DNA of 64,000 nucleotides from contig DASYQD010000039.1 of assembly GCA_036005845.1 (NCBI GenBank), positions 19,732 through 83,731 of the forward strand. The letters run 5' to 3'. Within the stretch, counting starts at the first letter, position 1. Each line of letters opens with the position of its first letter. A program made the translations under genes and the position numbers. Below the pieces are notes generated by a model that ran no database searches, was not told the origin of the DNA, and saw only the letters and a program-made list of their open reading frames with translations. Source of the stretch: Thermoanaerobaculia bacterium. GTDB taxonomy: Bacteria > Acidobacteriota > Thermoanaerobaculia > Multivoradales > JAIOJS01. Shown piece by piece: positions 8,048-17,902 of the stretch.

Positions 8048-11000
8048 GTGAGCTGGAATCGATGGACTCCGATCATGGCACGAAGGGGTGGGTGTCCGAT
8101 GTCAGATCTCGCTCTCGAACGCGCAGTCAGGTCCCGCCACGCACGGTCGATGCGTCACCCTCGGCACCGCGGCCGCTGGCTGGGCCCGGTCGTACTCCTG
8201 ACATTGGCGGGCTGCGGCATCGTCGACCGCGCCCGACAACACCCCTACACCCGAGCGCACGCGTCGCTGGTCGCGGCCGCGGATGGGCGGCGCCCGGCGC
8301 AAGGGTGCGTCTCGGGCTTCCCGTGTGGCGCGAGCGCGGGTCCAGCCGGACCGGTGCGCGCTGCACACCTTCGGCAGGCAGCGGCGGCGATCGAGGCGGA
8401 CCTCGACCGCGCACGTACGAGCTCGACCCTTGGTGCCGCGGCCTCGCTTCAGCTCTACCTCCATCGGCCGGCTGAGGCCCTCGCGCTCCTCGACGAGGCC
8501 GCGGCCCTGCGCGGCGCCGATCCGCGGCTCGTCGTCGATCGCGCCGCCGCGGTGCTCGAGCTCGACGGCTCCCGCCCCGGCGGAGCCGCCGACGAGCTTG
8601 CCGCCACGGCGGAGCTCATGGACCGCCCGCCGCTTGGAGATCCAGAGCTGGCCGCGAGATGGCGCTACAACCACGCCCTGTTGCTCGAGCGGCTCGGCCT
8701 GGAAACCGCGGCCGCCGACGACTTGCGAGCTGTGACCGGCGGCGGCGAGCTGGCGCCCTTGGCGGCCGAGGGTGTCGCGCGCCTGCAGGCCGCGGCAGCA
8801 TCGTCACGGTGGGACGCCGGCGACCGCCAGCTTCTGGCCAACGCTCTCGCCCGCGACGACGCCGCAGCCGTCTCCCGCCTCGTCGACCGCTGGCCGCTCG
8901 CCGCGGCGACCCAGGTGGAGGAAACGATCCTCGCGGAGGTCGCCGGGAACGCCGACCGGCTGCGCCAGGCGGAGCTCATCGCCACGGCGCTCGCACGCCG
9001 CGGCGATCCTTTCCTGTCCGAAGTCGTCGCCGGGTTGCGCGCCGACCCGAGCCCCGATCTCCGAGCCGCTCATGCCGACTACGGCCGTGCCCGCGCTCTC
9101 GAGCACGCCGGCAAGTACGAGCAGGCGCTGCCGTTGTTCACCGACGCCGCCGGCGCCTTCACCCACCGCCGCAGTCCCTTCCGTTGGCTCGCCAGCCACG
9201 GCTTGGCCACCTGTCTCTACCGGACGCAACGACCAGCCGCCGGACTTGAGCTGCTCCGCTCTTCGCTGCACGCGGCCCCGAAGCGCTACCACCACGTGCA
9301 GGCGCGGTTGGAGTGGCTGGCCGGCATTTTCGAGAGCGTGCTCGGCGACCCGGCCGCGTCGCTCGACGAGTATTCGCGCGCATTCGCGCTGTACCGGGAT
9401 GACAAGAACGACGAAGGGATGGCCAGGTTGGAGATGCTGACCGCCGAGGGTTGGTGGACGCTGGGCGAGTGGCGCCAAGCATGGCGGCACCGGCGCCAGG
9501 CCCTCGCGCGCCTACGCCGAGTCGCTGACCCCCAGCTGCAGCGAACGATCCTCGACGAGGCGGCCGATGCGAGCGGCGGTGACGGGTTCCTCGCCCTGGC
9601 GGGGATGCTCCAGGACAGCGTCGTGGAGAGCGCCCGTACAGCGCACAACGACTACGCGCTGCCGGTCGCGCTCGCTCAGCGCGCCCACATCAGCCTTCGC
9701 CGCCGGCTCTGGGCCGCGGCCACGGCGGACCTCGCCGCCGCGCGTGGCGGCGTCGAGGCGATCGCCGCCGGCAAGTACCGCCAAAACATCGACGCCTCCG
9801 TCGCGATGGTCGAGGCCGAGGCGCTGGCGCGAAACGAACCGCAACAGGCGATCCGAAAACTGGCGGCGGCGACCGTCTTCTATGAAGAATCGAACAATTG
9901 GGTGCCGTTGAGGACCGCCGCCATGTTGACCGCGAGCTGTTACCTCCGCCTGGGCGACCACGCCGCCGCGCTCGAAGCGCTGAAGAGAGCGGAAGCGCTG
10001 GGCGAGCGCGTGCGTAGGCAGAGCCCGAGCGAACGCGTGCGGGCGGCGTTGGACAATGGGTCTCAGCAGCTCTACGGCGAGCTCGTGCGGCTGGCGCTCG
10101 ATCGCGGCGGCGACGCCGGCATCGCCGAGGCGTTCGACTACTCCGAGCTCTCACGGGCCCGTCGCCTCGCCGACTCGCTGGGAGCTTCGCAAGTCGAGCT
10201 GTCCGATCTGAGCAGGGCGCTGCCAGCCGGGACCGCGATGGTGGTCTACGAAGATCTGGGCAGCGCTTTGGTCGCCTTCGTGGTGCGCGCCGACCGCGAC
10301 CCCGCCGTCGTCACCTTGGATCGCCAGGGCCTCACGGCCGACGTCGCGCTGGTGCGCCGGTCCCTGGCCGGCAGGTCCGCCGACGTTCCGTGGAAGCAGG
10401 GTCTCGCCAGCCTGTGGCGCCGGCTGGTGGCGCCGCTCGAGCCGCGGCTCGGCGGCATCTCGTCGCTGGTGGTGGTGCCGCACCGCGAGCTGGTGACGGT
10501 CCCGTTCGCCGCCCTCTTCGACCCGCGCCGGCAGCGTTACCTGATCGAGGACTACCGGCTGCAAATCGCGCCCTCGGCGACCGCATTCGTCAACGCCCTC
10601 GCCCAGTCTCGACAGCGGCAGGGTCCGCCGGCGGTGCTCGCGGTCGCCGCCGGTGAGAGCAGCGGCGATCTCGCGTCGGTGCTCCCTCGCCTGCCGCGAG
10701 CCAACGCAGCCGCGCGCGCCGTCGCCGCTCGTTACCCGCATGCGGACCTCCTCATCGGCGCGGCGGCGACTCGCGATGCATTCCTCTCCGCTGCCGCGCG
10801 CAGCACGATCATCCACTTCGACGGCCACTCGGTGGCCAGCGCCGTGGATCCGTCGCTGTCGTTCCTCGCCCTGACCGCGAGTAAGGAAGATGCCGGCATC
10901 CTCTACGCCCAGGACATCGCGAAGCAGCGCTGGCCATCCGCACAGCTGGTGTTCCTCGCCAGCTGCCACACCGCCCAGGGCCGGAGCGACGACGCCGAAG

Positions 11001-11251
11001 GCATCCAGGGTTTGGCGCGGGCTTTCCTGGCCGCCGGCGTCCCCGCCGTGATCGGCACGCTGTGGGACGTCGACGATCGTCTCGCCGAGACCGTTTCGCT
11101 ACGTTTTCACGAGCACTATGCAACGGGCTCGGATGCGGCGTCGGCGCTGCGTTCCGCCCTGCTGTCGGTGCTCGCCAACGAACGCCAGGCACCGCCGGCC
11201 TGGGCCGCGTTCGAAGTCATCGGCGGCGTCGCTGAACCGACGATTCACTGA
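8048..11251 (+). CDS. TPR-repeat CHAT-domain protease, probable lipoprotein
   Basis: About 1067 aa. N-terminal positively charged region followed by VVLLTLAGC lipobox. Long TPR/helical-repeat middle. C-terminal CHAT domain with His/Cys dyad context (IIHFDGHS ... LVFLASCHTAQG ... VIGTLWDVDD). Alternative starts at 8099 or about 8150 are possible. Confidence 0.85.
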   Translation: MSWNRWTPIMARRGGCPMSDLALERAVRSRHARSMRHPRHRGRWLGPVVLLTLAGCGIVDRARQHPYTRAHASLVAAADGRRPAQGCVSGFPCGASAGPAGPVRAAHLRQAAAAIEADLDRARTSSTLGAAASLQLYLHRPAEALALLDEAAALRGADPRLVVDRAAAVLELDGSRPGGAADELAATAELMDRPPLGDPELAARWRYNHALLLERLGLETAAADDLRAVTGGGELAPLAAEGVARLQAAAASSRWDAGDRQLLANALARDDAAAVSRLVDRWPLAAATQVEETILAEVAGNADRLRQAELIATALARRGDPFLSEVVAGLRADPSPDLRAAHADYGRARALEHAGKYEQALPLFTDAAGAFTHRRSPFRWLASHGLATCLYRTQRPAAGLELLRSSLHAAPKRYHHVQARLEWLAGIFESVLGDPAASLDEYSRAFALYRDDKNDEGMARLEMLTAEGWWTLGEWRQAWRHRRQALARLRRVADPQLQRTILDEAADASGGDGFLALAGMLQDSVVESARTAHNDYALPVALAQRAHISLRRRLWAAATADLAAARGGVEAIAAGKYRQNIDASVAMVEAEALARNEPQQAIRKLAAATVFYEESNNWVPLRTAAMLTASCYLRLGDHAAALEALKRAEALGERVRRQSPSERVRAALDNGSQQLYGELVRLALDRGGDAGIAEAFDYSELSRARRLADSLGASQVELSDLSRALPAGTAMVVYEDLGSALVAFVVRADRDPAVVTLDRQGLTADVALVRRSLAGRSADVPWKQGLASLWRRLVAPLEPRLGGISSLVVVPHRELVTVPFAALFDPRRQRYLIEDYRLQIAPSATAFVNALAQSRQRQGPPAVLAVAAGESSGDLASVLPRLPRANAAARAVAARYPHADLLIGAAATRDAFLSAAARSTIIHFDGHSVASAVDPSLSFLALTASKEDAGILYAQDIAKQRWPSAQLVFLASCHTAQGRSDDAEGIQGLARAFLAAGVPAVIGTLWDVDDRLAETVSLRFHEHYATGSDAASALRSALLSVLANERQAPPAWAAFEVIGGVAEPTIH

Positions 11252-11261
11252 GGAGAAGGCC

Positions 11262-12287
11262 ATGCAACCGAGACCCCACGAGCTGCCGATGAAGCCCACC
11301 TACCGCTTCCGTCTCGTCTTCGAATGCCTGTGCGCATTCCTGAAGCGCGACGACGACGTCCTCGTCGTGCTCCCCGACGGCCGCTACGGCTGCCCGCCCA
11401 TGCCCAGCCACTGCGACCACGCCGGGGACGGCGACGCCGCCGGCCACGAGGCGTGCGGCCCGAACATGCCGGCGCACATCGCCGCCATCCAGTTCAACCC
11501 CTGCGAGCTGGCGCCGGACAGCGATCTGCAACCCGACCTCGTCTTTCGGCGGCCGGGGGCGCGCAGCGAACAGGCGCTCCTCTTCCTGACCGGCCAGGAC
11601 ATCGCGCTCGACGCGCCGCTGTTCGGCGCCCCAGCGATCGCCGGCGGCCGCGGCGCGGCGGCAGTGCCGCAGTCGGCCGCCGAGGCCGAGGACCTCTGCT
11701 GGGTCGCCGACGTCTCGCGGATCGATGCCGCGGCGGGAGTCATGGACCCGTCGTGCGCGCAGCCCGGAACCAACGCCTCGTTGACCGGGGAGCCGAGCTC
11801 GCCCGGGCGGGTGGTGGCGCGCGTCAGCCTCAAGGGCGGCACGCTCCGCTCTCTGGTCCTCGGGCTCGACGAGCAGCAGGAGCCCATCCTCTTCGACTTC
11901 CAGGAATCCGACGCGCTGATCCCCAACGGTTTCCAGCAGGCCATCACCTCGGCCGTGGCCTGGGACGTCGCCGTCGGCGAGGAGACCGTGACGCTCGTGC
12001 TGAGCTCGTTCGACGGCACGACGCGGCGGCTGCAGTTCTCCTTCGCCGGCCTGCCGATGGGGTACACCATGCAGGTGCTGGTGAAGAACATGCCGCTCGA
12101 CTCGCTCCTCGAGGTGCCGTACTGCATCTATCCCGGCGACACCATCGCCGTCGACCACCACTTCGCGATGTACTACGCGCTGTCGCAGAGCCCGCCGCGC
12201 AACTTCTGGGTGCCCCTCGAGACGGCCGCGCGGGCAAACGGGCCGATCTGCCCCAGCGCCTCGTTCGTCGAGGGAGCAGCGACCTAG
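11262..12287 (+). CDS. Hypothetical protein (Cys-rich N-terminus), co-operonic with CHAT and trypsin-like genes
   Basis: ATG at 11262 sits 5 nt after an AGGAGA RBS and 10 nt after the CHAT stop. 341 aa with coding-like GC3. No recognisable domain. Confidence 0.55.
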   Translation: MQPRPHELPMKPTYRFRLVFECLCAFLKRDDDVLVVLPDGRYGCPPMPSHCDHAGDGDAAGHEACGPNMPAHIAAIQFNPCELAPDSDLQPDLVFRRPGARSEQALLFLTGQDIALDAPLFGAPAIAGGRGAAAVPQSAAEAEDLCWVADVSRIDAAAGVMDPSCAQPGTNASLTGEPSSPGRVVARVSLKGGTLRSLVLGLDEQQEPILFDFQESDALIPNGFQQAITSAVAWDVAVGEETVTLVLSSFDGTTRRLQFSFAGLPMGYTMQVLVKNMPLDSLLEVPYCIYPGDTIAVDHHFAMYYALSQSPPRNFWVPLETAARANGPICPSASFVEGAAT

Positions 12288-12339
12288 TGATCTCCATGCA
12301 GTGCCGGTCCTCTTCACTGCTTACCTGTGTGAGCGATCG

Positions 12340-13269
12340 ATGCCGCCGGTCATCATCGACGTGCCGGCGGACCCGCGGCGAGAGGTCAGGGACTCTTGCC
12401 CCGCGGCCAGGCGGCTGGCGGCATCGGTCGCGGTCATCTTCGACGGCGTACCGCCGCTGCGATCGAGCGACGGGACCTGGTCGCTGCCCACCAAGCCGGC
12501 GCCGGTGAGCCCGCCGGAGAGGTTTTCCGAACAGCGTGAGGTGGTCAGGGCTTTCACCGGCGTGCTCGTCGGGCCCGACGTGCTGCTCACCACGCGCCAT
12601 CGGGTGAACGTCCGCAACCCGCAAGGACTCTTTGCGGCGTTCGGTTTCGCGATCGGCGCCGATGGAATCCCCAAGACGCGTTTCGCCAGCGACGAGGTCT
12701 TTCGCGTGTGCGAGGTCCTCGGTGAGGGAAGGTATCTCGCCAACCCCGAGGACGACTGGCTGCTGCTGCGCCTCGACGCCAAGCCGGCTCGCCCGGCCCT
12801 CGAGCTCGATACTCGGCCGCTGACCAGCGGCACTCGGCTGTGGATGATCGGGCATCCGGAAGGATTGCCGATGAAGTTCGTCGACGGCGCTCACGTGATC
12901 GACACCAGCGAGCGCTCCGTGCTCACCGATCTCGTAGCGAGCCGAGGCAACTCCGGCTCGCCGGTGTTTCGCGAGGGGTCGGCGGCGGTGCTCGGCATCC
13001 TGCGGACGGCGTCCCTCTCGCTCGCGCGAGCAGGGGCGAAGGTGACCTGGCAGCGCGGCAAGCCCGGCGCGCCGCGCATCGCCCGCGTCACGCGTAGCCA
13101 GGCCTTCGCCGCGAGACTGCAGGAAGTCTTCGCCGCCGCGCCTGCGGCGGACGTGGATGCCGTCGCGGTCGCCGGTCTCGGCGACGGCGCGCCAATGCGC
13201 GGTCAGCTCGCCTGGACGGCGGCCGCCGCCAGCAGGCCGGCGGTGCAGGCAACACCGCCGCCGGCGTGA
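12340..13269 (+). CDS. Trypsin-like (S1/chymotrypsin-fold) serine peptidase
   Basis: Catalytic triad context: LLTTRHRV (His), DWLLLRLD (Asp), GNSGSPVF (Ser). No signal peptide. The 3' end overlaps the convergent oxidoreductase gene. Confidence 0.75.
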   Translation: MPPVIIDVPADPRREVRDSCPAARRLAASVAVIFDGVPPLRSSDGTWSLPTKPAPVSPPERFSEQREVVRAFTGVLVGPDVLLTTRHRVNVRNPQGLFAAFGFAIGADGIPKTRFASDEVFRVCEVLGEGRYLANPEDDWLLLRLDAKPARPALELDTRPLTSGTRLWMIGHPEGLPMKFVDGAHVIDTSERSVLTDLVASRGNSGSPVFREGSAAVLGILRTASLSLARAGAKVTWQRGKPGAPRIARVTRSQAFAARLQEVFAAAPAADVDAVAVAGLGDGAPMRGQLAWTAAAASRPAVQATPPPA

Positions 13270-14774
13270 CTGCCACTACCGCCGAGGTAGAGGCCGGGCA
13301 CGGCGGTGGTGTAGCGGGCGCTCGAGGCAGTCGGACGCAGCACGAGCAGCTGATCGAGCGCCGGCTCGCCGTGGTGGAGCTGACCGCCGGTCAGAGCGTA
13401 GCGGTCGGCGAGGTCGGCGGGAGCAAGCAGCTCGTCGGCGACGAGACGTTCCCGAATCGTTGGGGCGTGGCGCTCCAACATCGACAGTACCGACTCGACG
13501 AGCCCCTGGCGGCGTTCGTCCGTCCAGCCGCCGTCGAGTTGGTGTGAGACGTAACTCACCACTACTGACGCCACATGGTGGCCGGTCGGGGCCAGGCTCG
13601 CATCCGAGACCGTCGGCACGCGCACGTCGAGATGCGGCTTGGCCGAGACGCCGTGGTACTTCACGGCGTCGAAGGCGCGTTCGAGGTCGTCGACGTGGCC
13701 GCCGCCGATGCGGATGGATTCGAAGAGTTGGCCAGGGCGCGCCGCGAGCTCGAGCGGGCCGTTCAGCGCCAGGTGAAGCTTCGCGGCCGTGCCGCGCATT
13801 CGGATGCGGCGGAACTCCTCCTCGACGCGGATGGGCAGCGTGCCGGGCGCGATGAGCTGGAGGAAAGTGCGCTTGGGGTCGCAGGTCGCGATGATGGTGG
13901 CGGCGTCGATCGTCTCGACGCCATCGCCGTCGCCGGCGACCTTTCCCAGGGTGACGCCGGCCGCCTTGCCGCTCTCGATGCGGATCTGCGCCACCTCGGC
14001 GCCGGTGCGGATCTCTACGCCTGCAACCCTTGCCGCGCGTTCGAGTGCCGCGATCAACGCCGGCGGGCCACCTTGCACGAATCGGCCCGGCGCCGCTTCG
14101 TGGAGGAGCAGATTGGTGGTCGTCCCCGCCGACCAAGGGCCGGCGAAGGTGCCGATCACCGCCGGCGCCGCGAGGCCTTCCACCAGCAGCGGCGTCTCGA
14201 ACTGCTCGTTGAGGAAGTCGGCGACGCACATCGGGGCCACGCGCATCAGCTCGAGCGTGTCGTGGCGGCCGAGGCGCCACAGCCCCAGCCCGCGCTTCGC
14301 GAGGTCCCAGAAGTCGCCGGCGCCTGAGGGCGACAGCGGCGGCGGCGGCGAGGTCATCACCTGTTCGACGAGCGGGCGCAGCTTGGCGATGAAGGCGCGA
14401 TAGCGATGGTAGGCGTCGGCGTCGTGGCGCGACCGCGTGGCGAGCTCCGCTTCGGCCTTCGCGGGATCCCGATCGAGCAGGATGCCGAGACCACCCTCCT
14501 CTGCCAACAAGGTCGGCGGCGCGTCGCGCCACCTCAAGCCGTGCTTCTCGAGCCCTAGCGCCGCGACGACAACCGGCGACACCAGGCCTTCGTCGTGCAA
14601 GACGCCTGGCGCCTTGTAGCCAGGATGAAACTCGATCGCACCGCAAAGCCCGCCCAGCTCGGTGCGCCGCTCGAGCACCACGACCTTCTTGCCCGCCCGC
14701 GCCAAGCGCACCGCCGCCGCCAGCCCGTTCTGCCCGCCGCCGATCAAGATCGCGTCGTACCGCGCCGAGCTCAC
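13203..14774 (-). CDS. NAD(P)/FAD-dependent oxidoreductase, phytoene desaturase (CrtI)-like family, copy 2
   Basis: GTG start overlaps the stop of the upstream paralog (GTGTGA). N-terminal Rossmann motif YDAILIGGGQNGLAAAVRLARAGKKVVVLERR and CrtI-like C-terminal LYLGGSGSHAGGGV. The 1034-aa single ORF shown in the track is a read-through of two genes in one frame. Confidence 0.8.
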   Translation of the reverse strand: MSSARYDAILIGGGQNGLAAAVRLARAGKKVVVLERRTELGGLCGAIEFHPGYKAPGVLHDEGLVSPVVVAALGLEKHGLRWRDAPPTLLAEEGGLGILLDRDPAKAEAELATRSRHDADAYHRYRAFIAKLRPLVEQVMTSPPPPLSPSGAGDFWDLAKRGLGLWRLGRHDTLELMRVAPMCVADFLNEQFETPLLVEGLAAPAVIGTFAGPWSAGTTTNLLLHEAAPGRFVQGGPPALIAALERAARVAGVEIRTGAEVAQIRIESGKAAGVTLGKVAGDGDGVETIDAATIIATCDPKRTFLQLIAPGTLPIRVEEEFRRIRMRGTAAKLHLALNGPLELAARPGQLFESIRIGGGHVDDLERAFDAVKYHGVSAKPHLDVRVPTVSDASLAPTGHHVASVVVSYVSHQLDGGWTDERRQGLVESVLSMLERHAPTIRERLVADELLAPADLADRYALTGGQLHHGEPALDQLLVLRPTASSARYTTAVPGLYLGGSGSHAGGGVACTAGLLAAAAVQAS

Positions 14775-16360
14775 ACGACTCTCCCGCCCAGCATCGTCTT
14801 CGCGCACAGCGCCCCCGGCGCGCCCATGATCCCGCCGCCAGGGTGAGTGCCCGAGGCGCACATCCACAGGCCGTCGATCGGTGTGCGGTATCGGCTCCAA
14901 CCAGCGATCGGCCGCAGGAAGGCAAGCTGCTCGAGCGACAGCTCGCCGTGGAAGATGTTGCCCTCGGTCAGCCCGTAGATCTGCTCGAGGTCCCACGGCG
15001 TGAGCACCTGGCGGTGCAGGATGCGGCTCTTCAAGTTCGGCATGTACTCCGAGAGCGTGTCGATCACCGCGTCGCCGAAGGCCTCGCGCTGGTTCTCCCA
15101 GTCGGCGGCGCCTTCCTTGAGGTTGTACGGCGCGTACTGCACGAAGATAGACATCGTGTGCTTGCCTGGCGGCGCCACGGTCGGGTCGGTCAGCGACGGA
15201 ATCACCACGTCCATGAACGGCTTCCTCGAGAACGCGCCGTACTTGGCGTCGTCGTAGGCGCGCTCGAGGTATTCGATCGACGGCGCGATGGTGATGTCGC
15301 CGCGCAGGTGCGGGCCAACGCCGGGCAGGCAGGCGAACTCGGGCAGCGCGTCGAGCGCCAGGTTGACTTTGCCCGAGGAGCCGCGCATCTTGAAGCGCTT
15401 GACCTGCTTGGCGAGCTCGGGGTCGAGATGCTTCTCGCCCACCAGCCGCAGGAACGTGCGGTGTGGGTCGACGCCGGAGATCACCGCCTTGCACGCGATC
15501 TCGTCGCCGTTCTCGAGCACCACGCCGTCGGCGCGGCCGTTCTTCATCCGCACGTGGTCGACCGGCGCGTTGACGCGGATCTCGACGCCGAGCTCCGTCG
15601 CCGCCGCCGCGATCGCGTTCGCTACGGCGCCGGTGCCGCCCTTGGGCAGTCCCCACGCGCGATACGAGCCGTCGATGTCGCCCATGTAGTGGTGCAGCAG
15701 CACGTAGGCGGTGCCGGGCGAGCGCACGCCGAGGAAGGTGCCGATGATGCCCGACACCGACATCGGCGCGATGAGCTGCTCGCACTCGAACCACTCGCTG
15801 AGGAAGTCGAACGCCGACATCGTCATCATCTTGACGTTGCCGATCAGCCACTCCTCGCCCTGGCCGCGCACGTGCTTGGCGAACTTGGCGAGCCGCAGCA
15901 GCTCGAGGGGATTGCGCGATACCGGGTCGGGGGCCGGGCCGTCGACCATCGGCTTGACCAGGCGGCCAAGCTCGGCCATCTTCTGGCCGAACTCCTTGTA
16001 GACCTCGGCATCGCGCGGCGAGAACCTGGCGATGGCCCGTTTGGTGCGCTCGGGGTCGGAGTCGCGCAGCAGGTAGCGGCCGTCGGGGAACGGCGTGAAG
16101 GTCTCCTCGAGCGGCAGCACCTCGTAGCCGTGGCGCGGCAGGTCGAGGTCGCGGATGATCCACGGCCGCAGCAGCGACACGACGTACGAGCAGCAGGTGT
16201 AGTGGAAGCCGGGGTAGATCTCTTCCGTCGTGGTGGCGCCGCCTACTTGGTGGCGGCGCTCCAGGACGAGCACCTTGCGGCCAGCTTTCGCGAGATACGC
16301 CGCGCACACCAGGCCGTTGTGACCGGCGCCGACGATGACGGCGTCGTAACGGACGCTCAT
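14771..16360 (-). CDS. NAD(P)/FAD-dependent oxidoreductase, phytoene desaturase (CrtI)-like family, copy 1
   Basis: ATG at 16360 (MSVRYDAVIVGAGHNGLVCAAYLAKAGRKVLVLERR) with GGGA RBS. C-terminal LWMCASGTHPGGGIMGAPG typical of COG1233. Confidence 0.85.
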   Translation of the reverse strand: MSVRYDAVIVGAGHNGLVCAAYLAKAGRKVLVLERRHQVGGATTTEEIYPGFHYTCCSYVVSLLRPWIIRDLDLPRHGYEVLPLEETFTPFPDGRYLLRDSDPERTKRAIARFSPRDAEVYKEFGQKMAELGRLVKPMVDGPAPDPVSRNPLELLRLAKFAKHVRGQGEEWLIGNVKMMTMSAFDFLSEWFECEQLIAPMSVSGIIGTFLGVRSPGTAYVLLHHYMGDIDGSYRAWGLPKGGTGAVANAIAAAATELGVEIRVNAPVDHVRMKNGRADGVVLENGDEIACKAVISGVDPHRTFLRLVGEKHLDPELAKQVKRFKMRGSSGKVNLALDALPEFACLPGVGPHLRGDITIAPSIEYLERAYDDAKYGAFSRKPFMDVVIPSLTDPTVAPPGKHTMSIFVQYAPYNLKEGAADWENQREAFGDAVIDTLSEYMPNLKSRILHRQVLTPWDLEQIYGLTEGNIFHGELSLEQLAFLRPIAGWSRYRTPIDGLWMCASGTHPGGGIMGAPGALCAKTMLGGRVV

Positions 16361-16544
16361 CGCGAGTTGCTCCCGAAGTGCCGGCGCGCGAAAGGCCAGG
16401 CTGGTGCGGCCGCCGGGCTCCACGGGTCCCCGCCTGCGGGTGGGTATCCCGCCGTGCTCGCTACGCTGCGCGCGGCGGGAGCCCTCCCCCCCGCGCGCCC
16501 GCTCCGCCCGGCGGCCACCCCAGCCTGGCCGGTCCGTGGGGTCG

Positions 16545-17747
16545 TCACGGCTTGCGCTTCCTCTCGGGATCGAAGAACGGTGTCTTCACGACCTTCGCCG
16601 GCACCTTGCGGCGCTCGTATTCGACGGTGTGCTCCATCTGCAGCACGGTGCCCGGCTGCGAGTGCTCGGTGTGCACGGAGGTCAGGGCGATGTACTTCTT
16701 GAGGATCGGCGACCAGGTGTGGCTGGTCACCTTGCCGACCTGCCTGCCGTCCTCGTCATAGACCGGCAGCCCGTCGCGCCGCGCCGTCGCCGGCAGGTTG
16801 GGCGGCAGCAAGAACGACTCGTAGAGCGCCTCGAGCGCCTCCCACGCGACTTCGAGGCCGACGAGCGCCCACGCCGCACCGCGCTTCTTCTCCGCCTCGA
16901 GCGCCTGCCGGCCGACGAAGTTGGGGAAGCGCGGACGCTCGAAGTCGACCAGCCAGCCGAGCCCGGCCTCGGCGGGCGTCGACTTGCGCGACTCGAGCAC
17001 CACCTTGGGCGCGCTGAAGTAGTCGACGCCGAGGAGGATGAACCCCGCCTCGATGCGCGACACGTCGAGCGCGTCGAGCCCTGCCGCGGCGATGCCATGC
17101 GGGCGGCCGGCGTCCATCAGCGCGTCCCACAGCCGGGTGGCGTGCGCCTTCTCCACCCAGACCTCGTACCCGAGGTCGCCGGTGTAGCCGGTGCGGGTGA
17201 TCCAGACGTCGAGGCCGTCGAGCTTCGCGCGCGTGGCGCCAAAGAACTTGAGCGCGTCCATGTCGGCGTCGCACGCCGCGCGCAACACCTCGCGCGAGCG
17301 CGGGCCCTGCAGCGCCACCACCGCGATGCGGGCGCTGCTGTCCTCGATGGTGGCCCGCATGCCGCGCCCCACCATCTGAAGCCAGTGCAGCGTCGGATCG
17401 GCGGCGGTGACGCGGTAGTAGTCCTCGTCCCAGCGCGTCACCGTGCCGTCGTCGATCACCTTGCCATGGTCGTCGCACCAGCAGGAGTAGCCGACGCGGC
17501 CGACCTTGAGCTTGCTGACATCGCGCACCATCATCCGCGACAAGAGCGCCGCCGCGTCGGGGCCGTAGACCTCGTACTTGAAGAGCGGCGACACGTCGAG
17601 CAGCCCCGCCGACTCGCGGAAGGCGAAGTACTCGCGGTCGTGCGTGGTGTCGTAGCTGCACACCGCGGCGTAGCCGGACCAGTCCTTCCAGCGGAAGCTG
17701 GTGCAGAGCTTCGACGTGCGCTCGTGGAAGGGCGAGGGAATGGGCAT
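16545..17747 (-). CDS. Aminomethyltransferase-family protein (GcvT/DmdA-like, folate-dependent demethylase type)
   Basis: 400 aa. GcvT-family signatures (DVSPLFKYEVYGPDA, TRTGYTGDLGYEVWV) and a C-terminal barrel region. Confidence 0.85.
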   Translation of the reverse strand: MPIPSPFHERTSKLCTSFRWKDWSGYAAVCSYDTTHDREYFAFRESAGLLDVSPLFKYEVYGPDAAALLSRMMVRDVSKLKVGRVGYSCWCDDHGKVIDDGTVTRWDEDYYRVTAADPTLHWLQMVGRGMRATIEDSSARIAVVALQGPRSREVLRAACDADMDALKFFGATRAKLDGLDVWITRTGYTGDLGYEVWVEKAHATRLWDALMDAGRPHGIAAAGLDALDVSRIEAGFILLGVDYFSAPKVVLESRKSTPAEAGLGWLVDFERPRFPNFVGRQALEAEKKRGAAWALVGLEVAWEALEALYESFLLPPNLPATARRDGLPVYDEDGRQVGKVTSHTWSPILKKYIALTSVHTEHSQPGTVLQMEHTVEYERRKVPAKVVKTPFFDPERKRKP

Positions 17748-17902
17748 GGTGGCGAAGTGGTTCGAGGCCGCGTGGCGGGCGCGGCGAAGGTATCAAGACG
17801 CCGTAGGAGAAAGCAACTGCTGGTTCACAATGTGAATCGCTGACTGCACATAGCAAACACCTATCTTGACGTGAAGGCCCGTGCCAAGGCATCGTTGGGG
17901 CG

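Noticed and set aside
13276-14925. A 549-aa minus-strand ORF that overlaps the oxidoreductase gene in another frame
   Set aside because: Its translation is Arg/Ala/Gly-rich with no motifs. The overlapping frame carries the conserved FAD-oxidoreductase sequence.
13203-16307. A single 1034-aa ORF on the minus strand
   Set aside because: It is a read-through of two CrtI-like genes in one frame. The second Rossmann N-terminus (VSSARYDAILIGGGQNGL) begins at a GTG that overlaps the first gene's TGA. The first gene itself starts at the internal ATG at 16360 (MSVRYDAV...).
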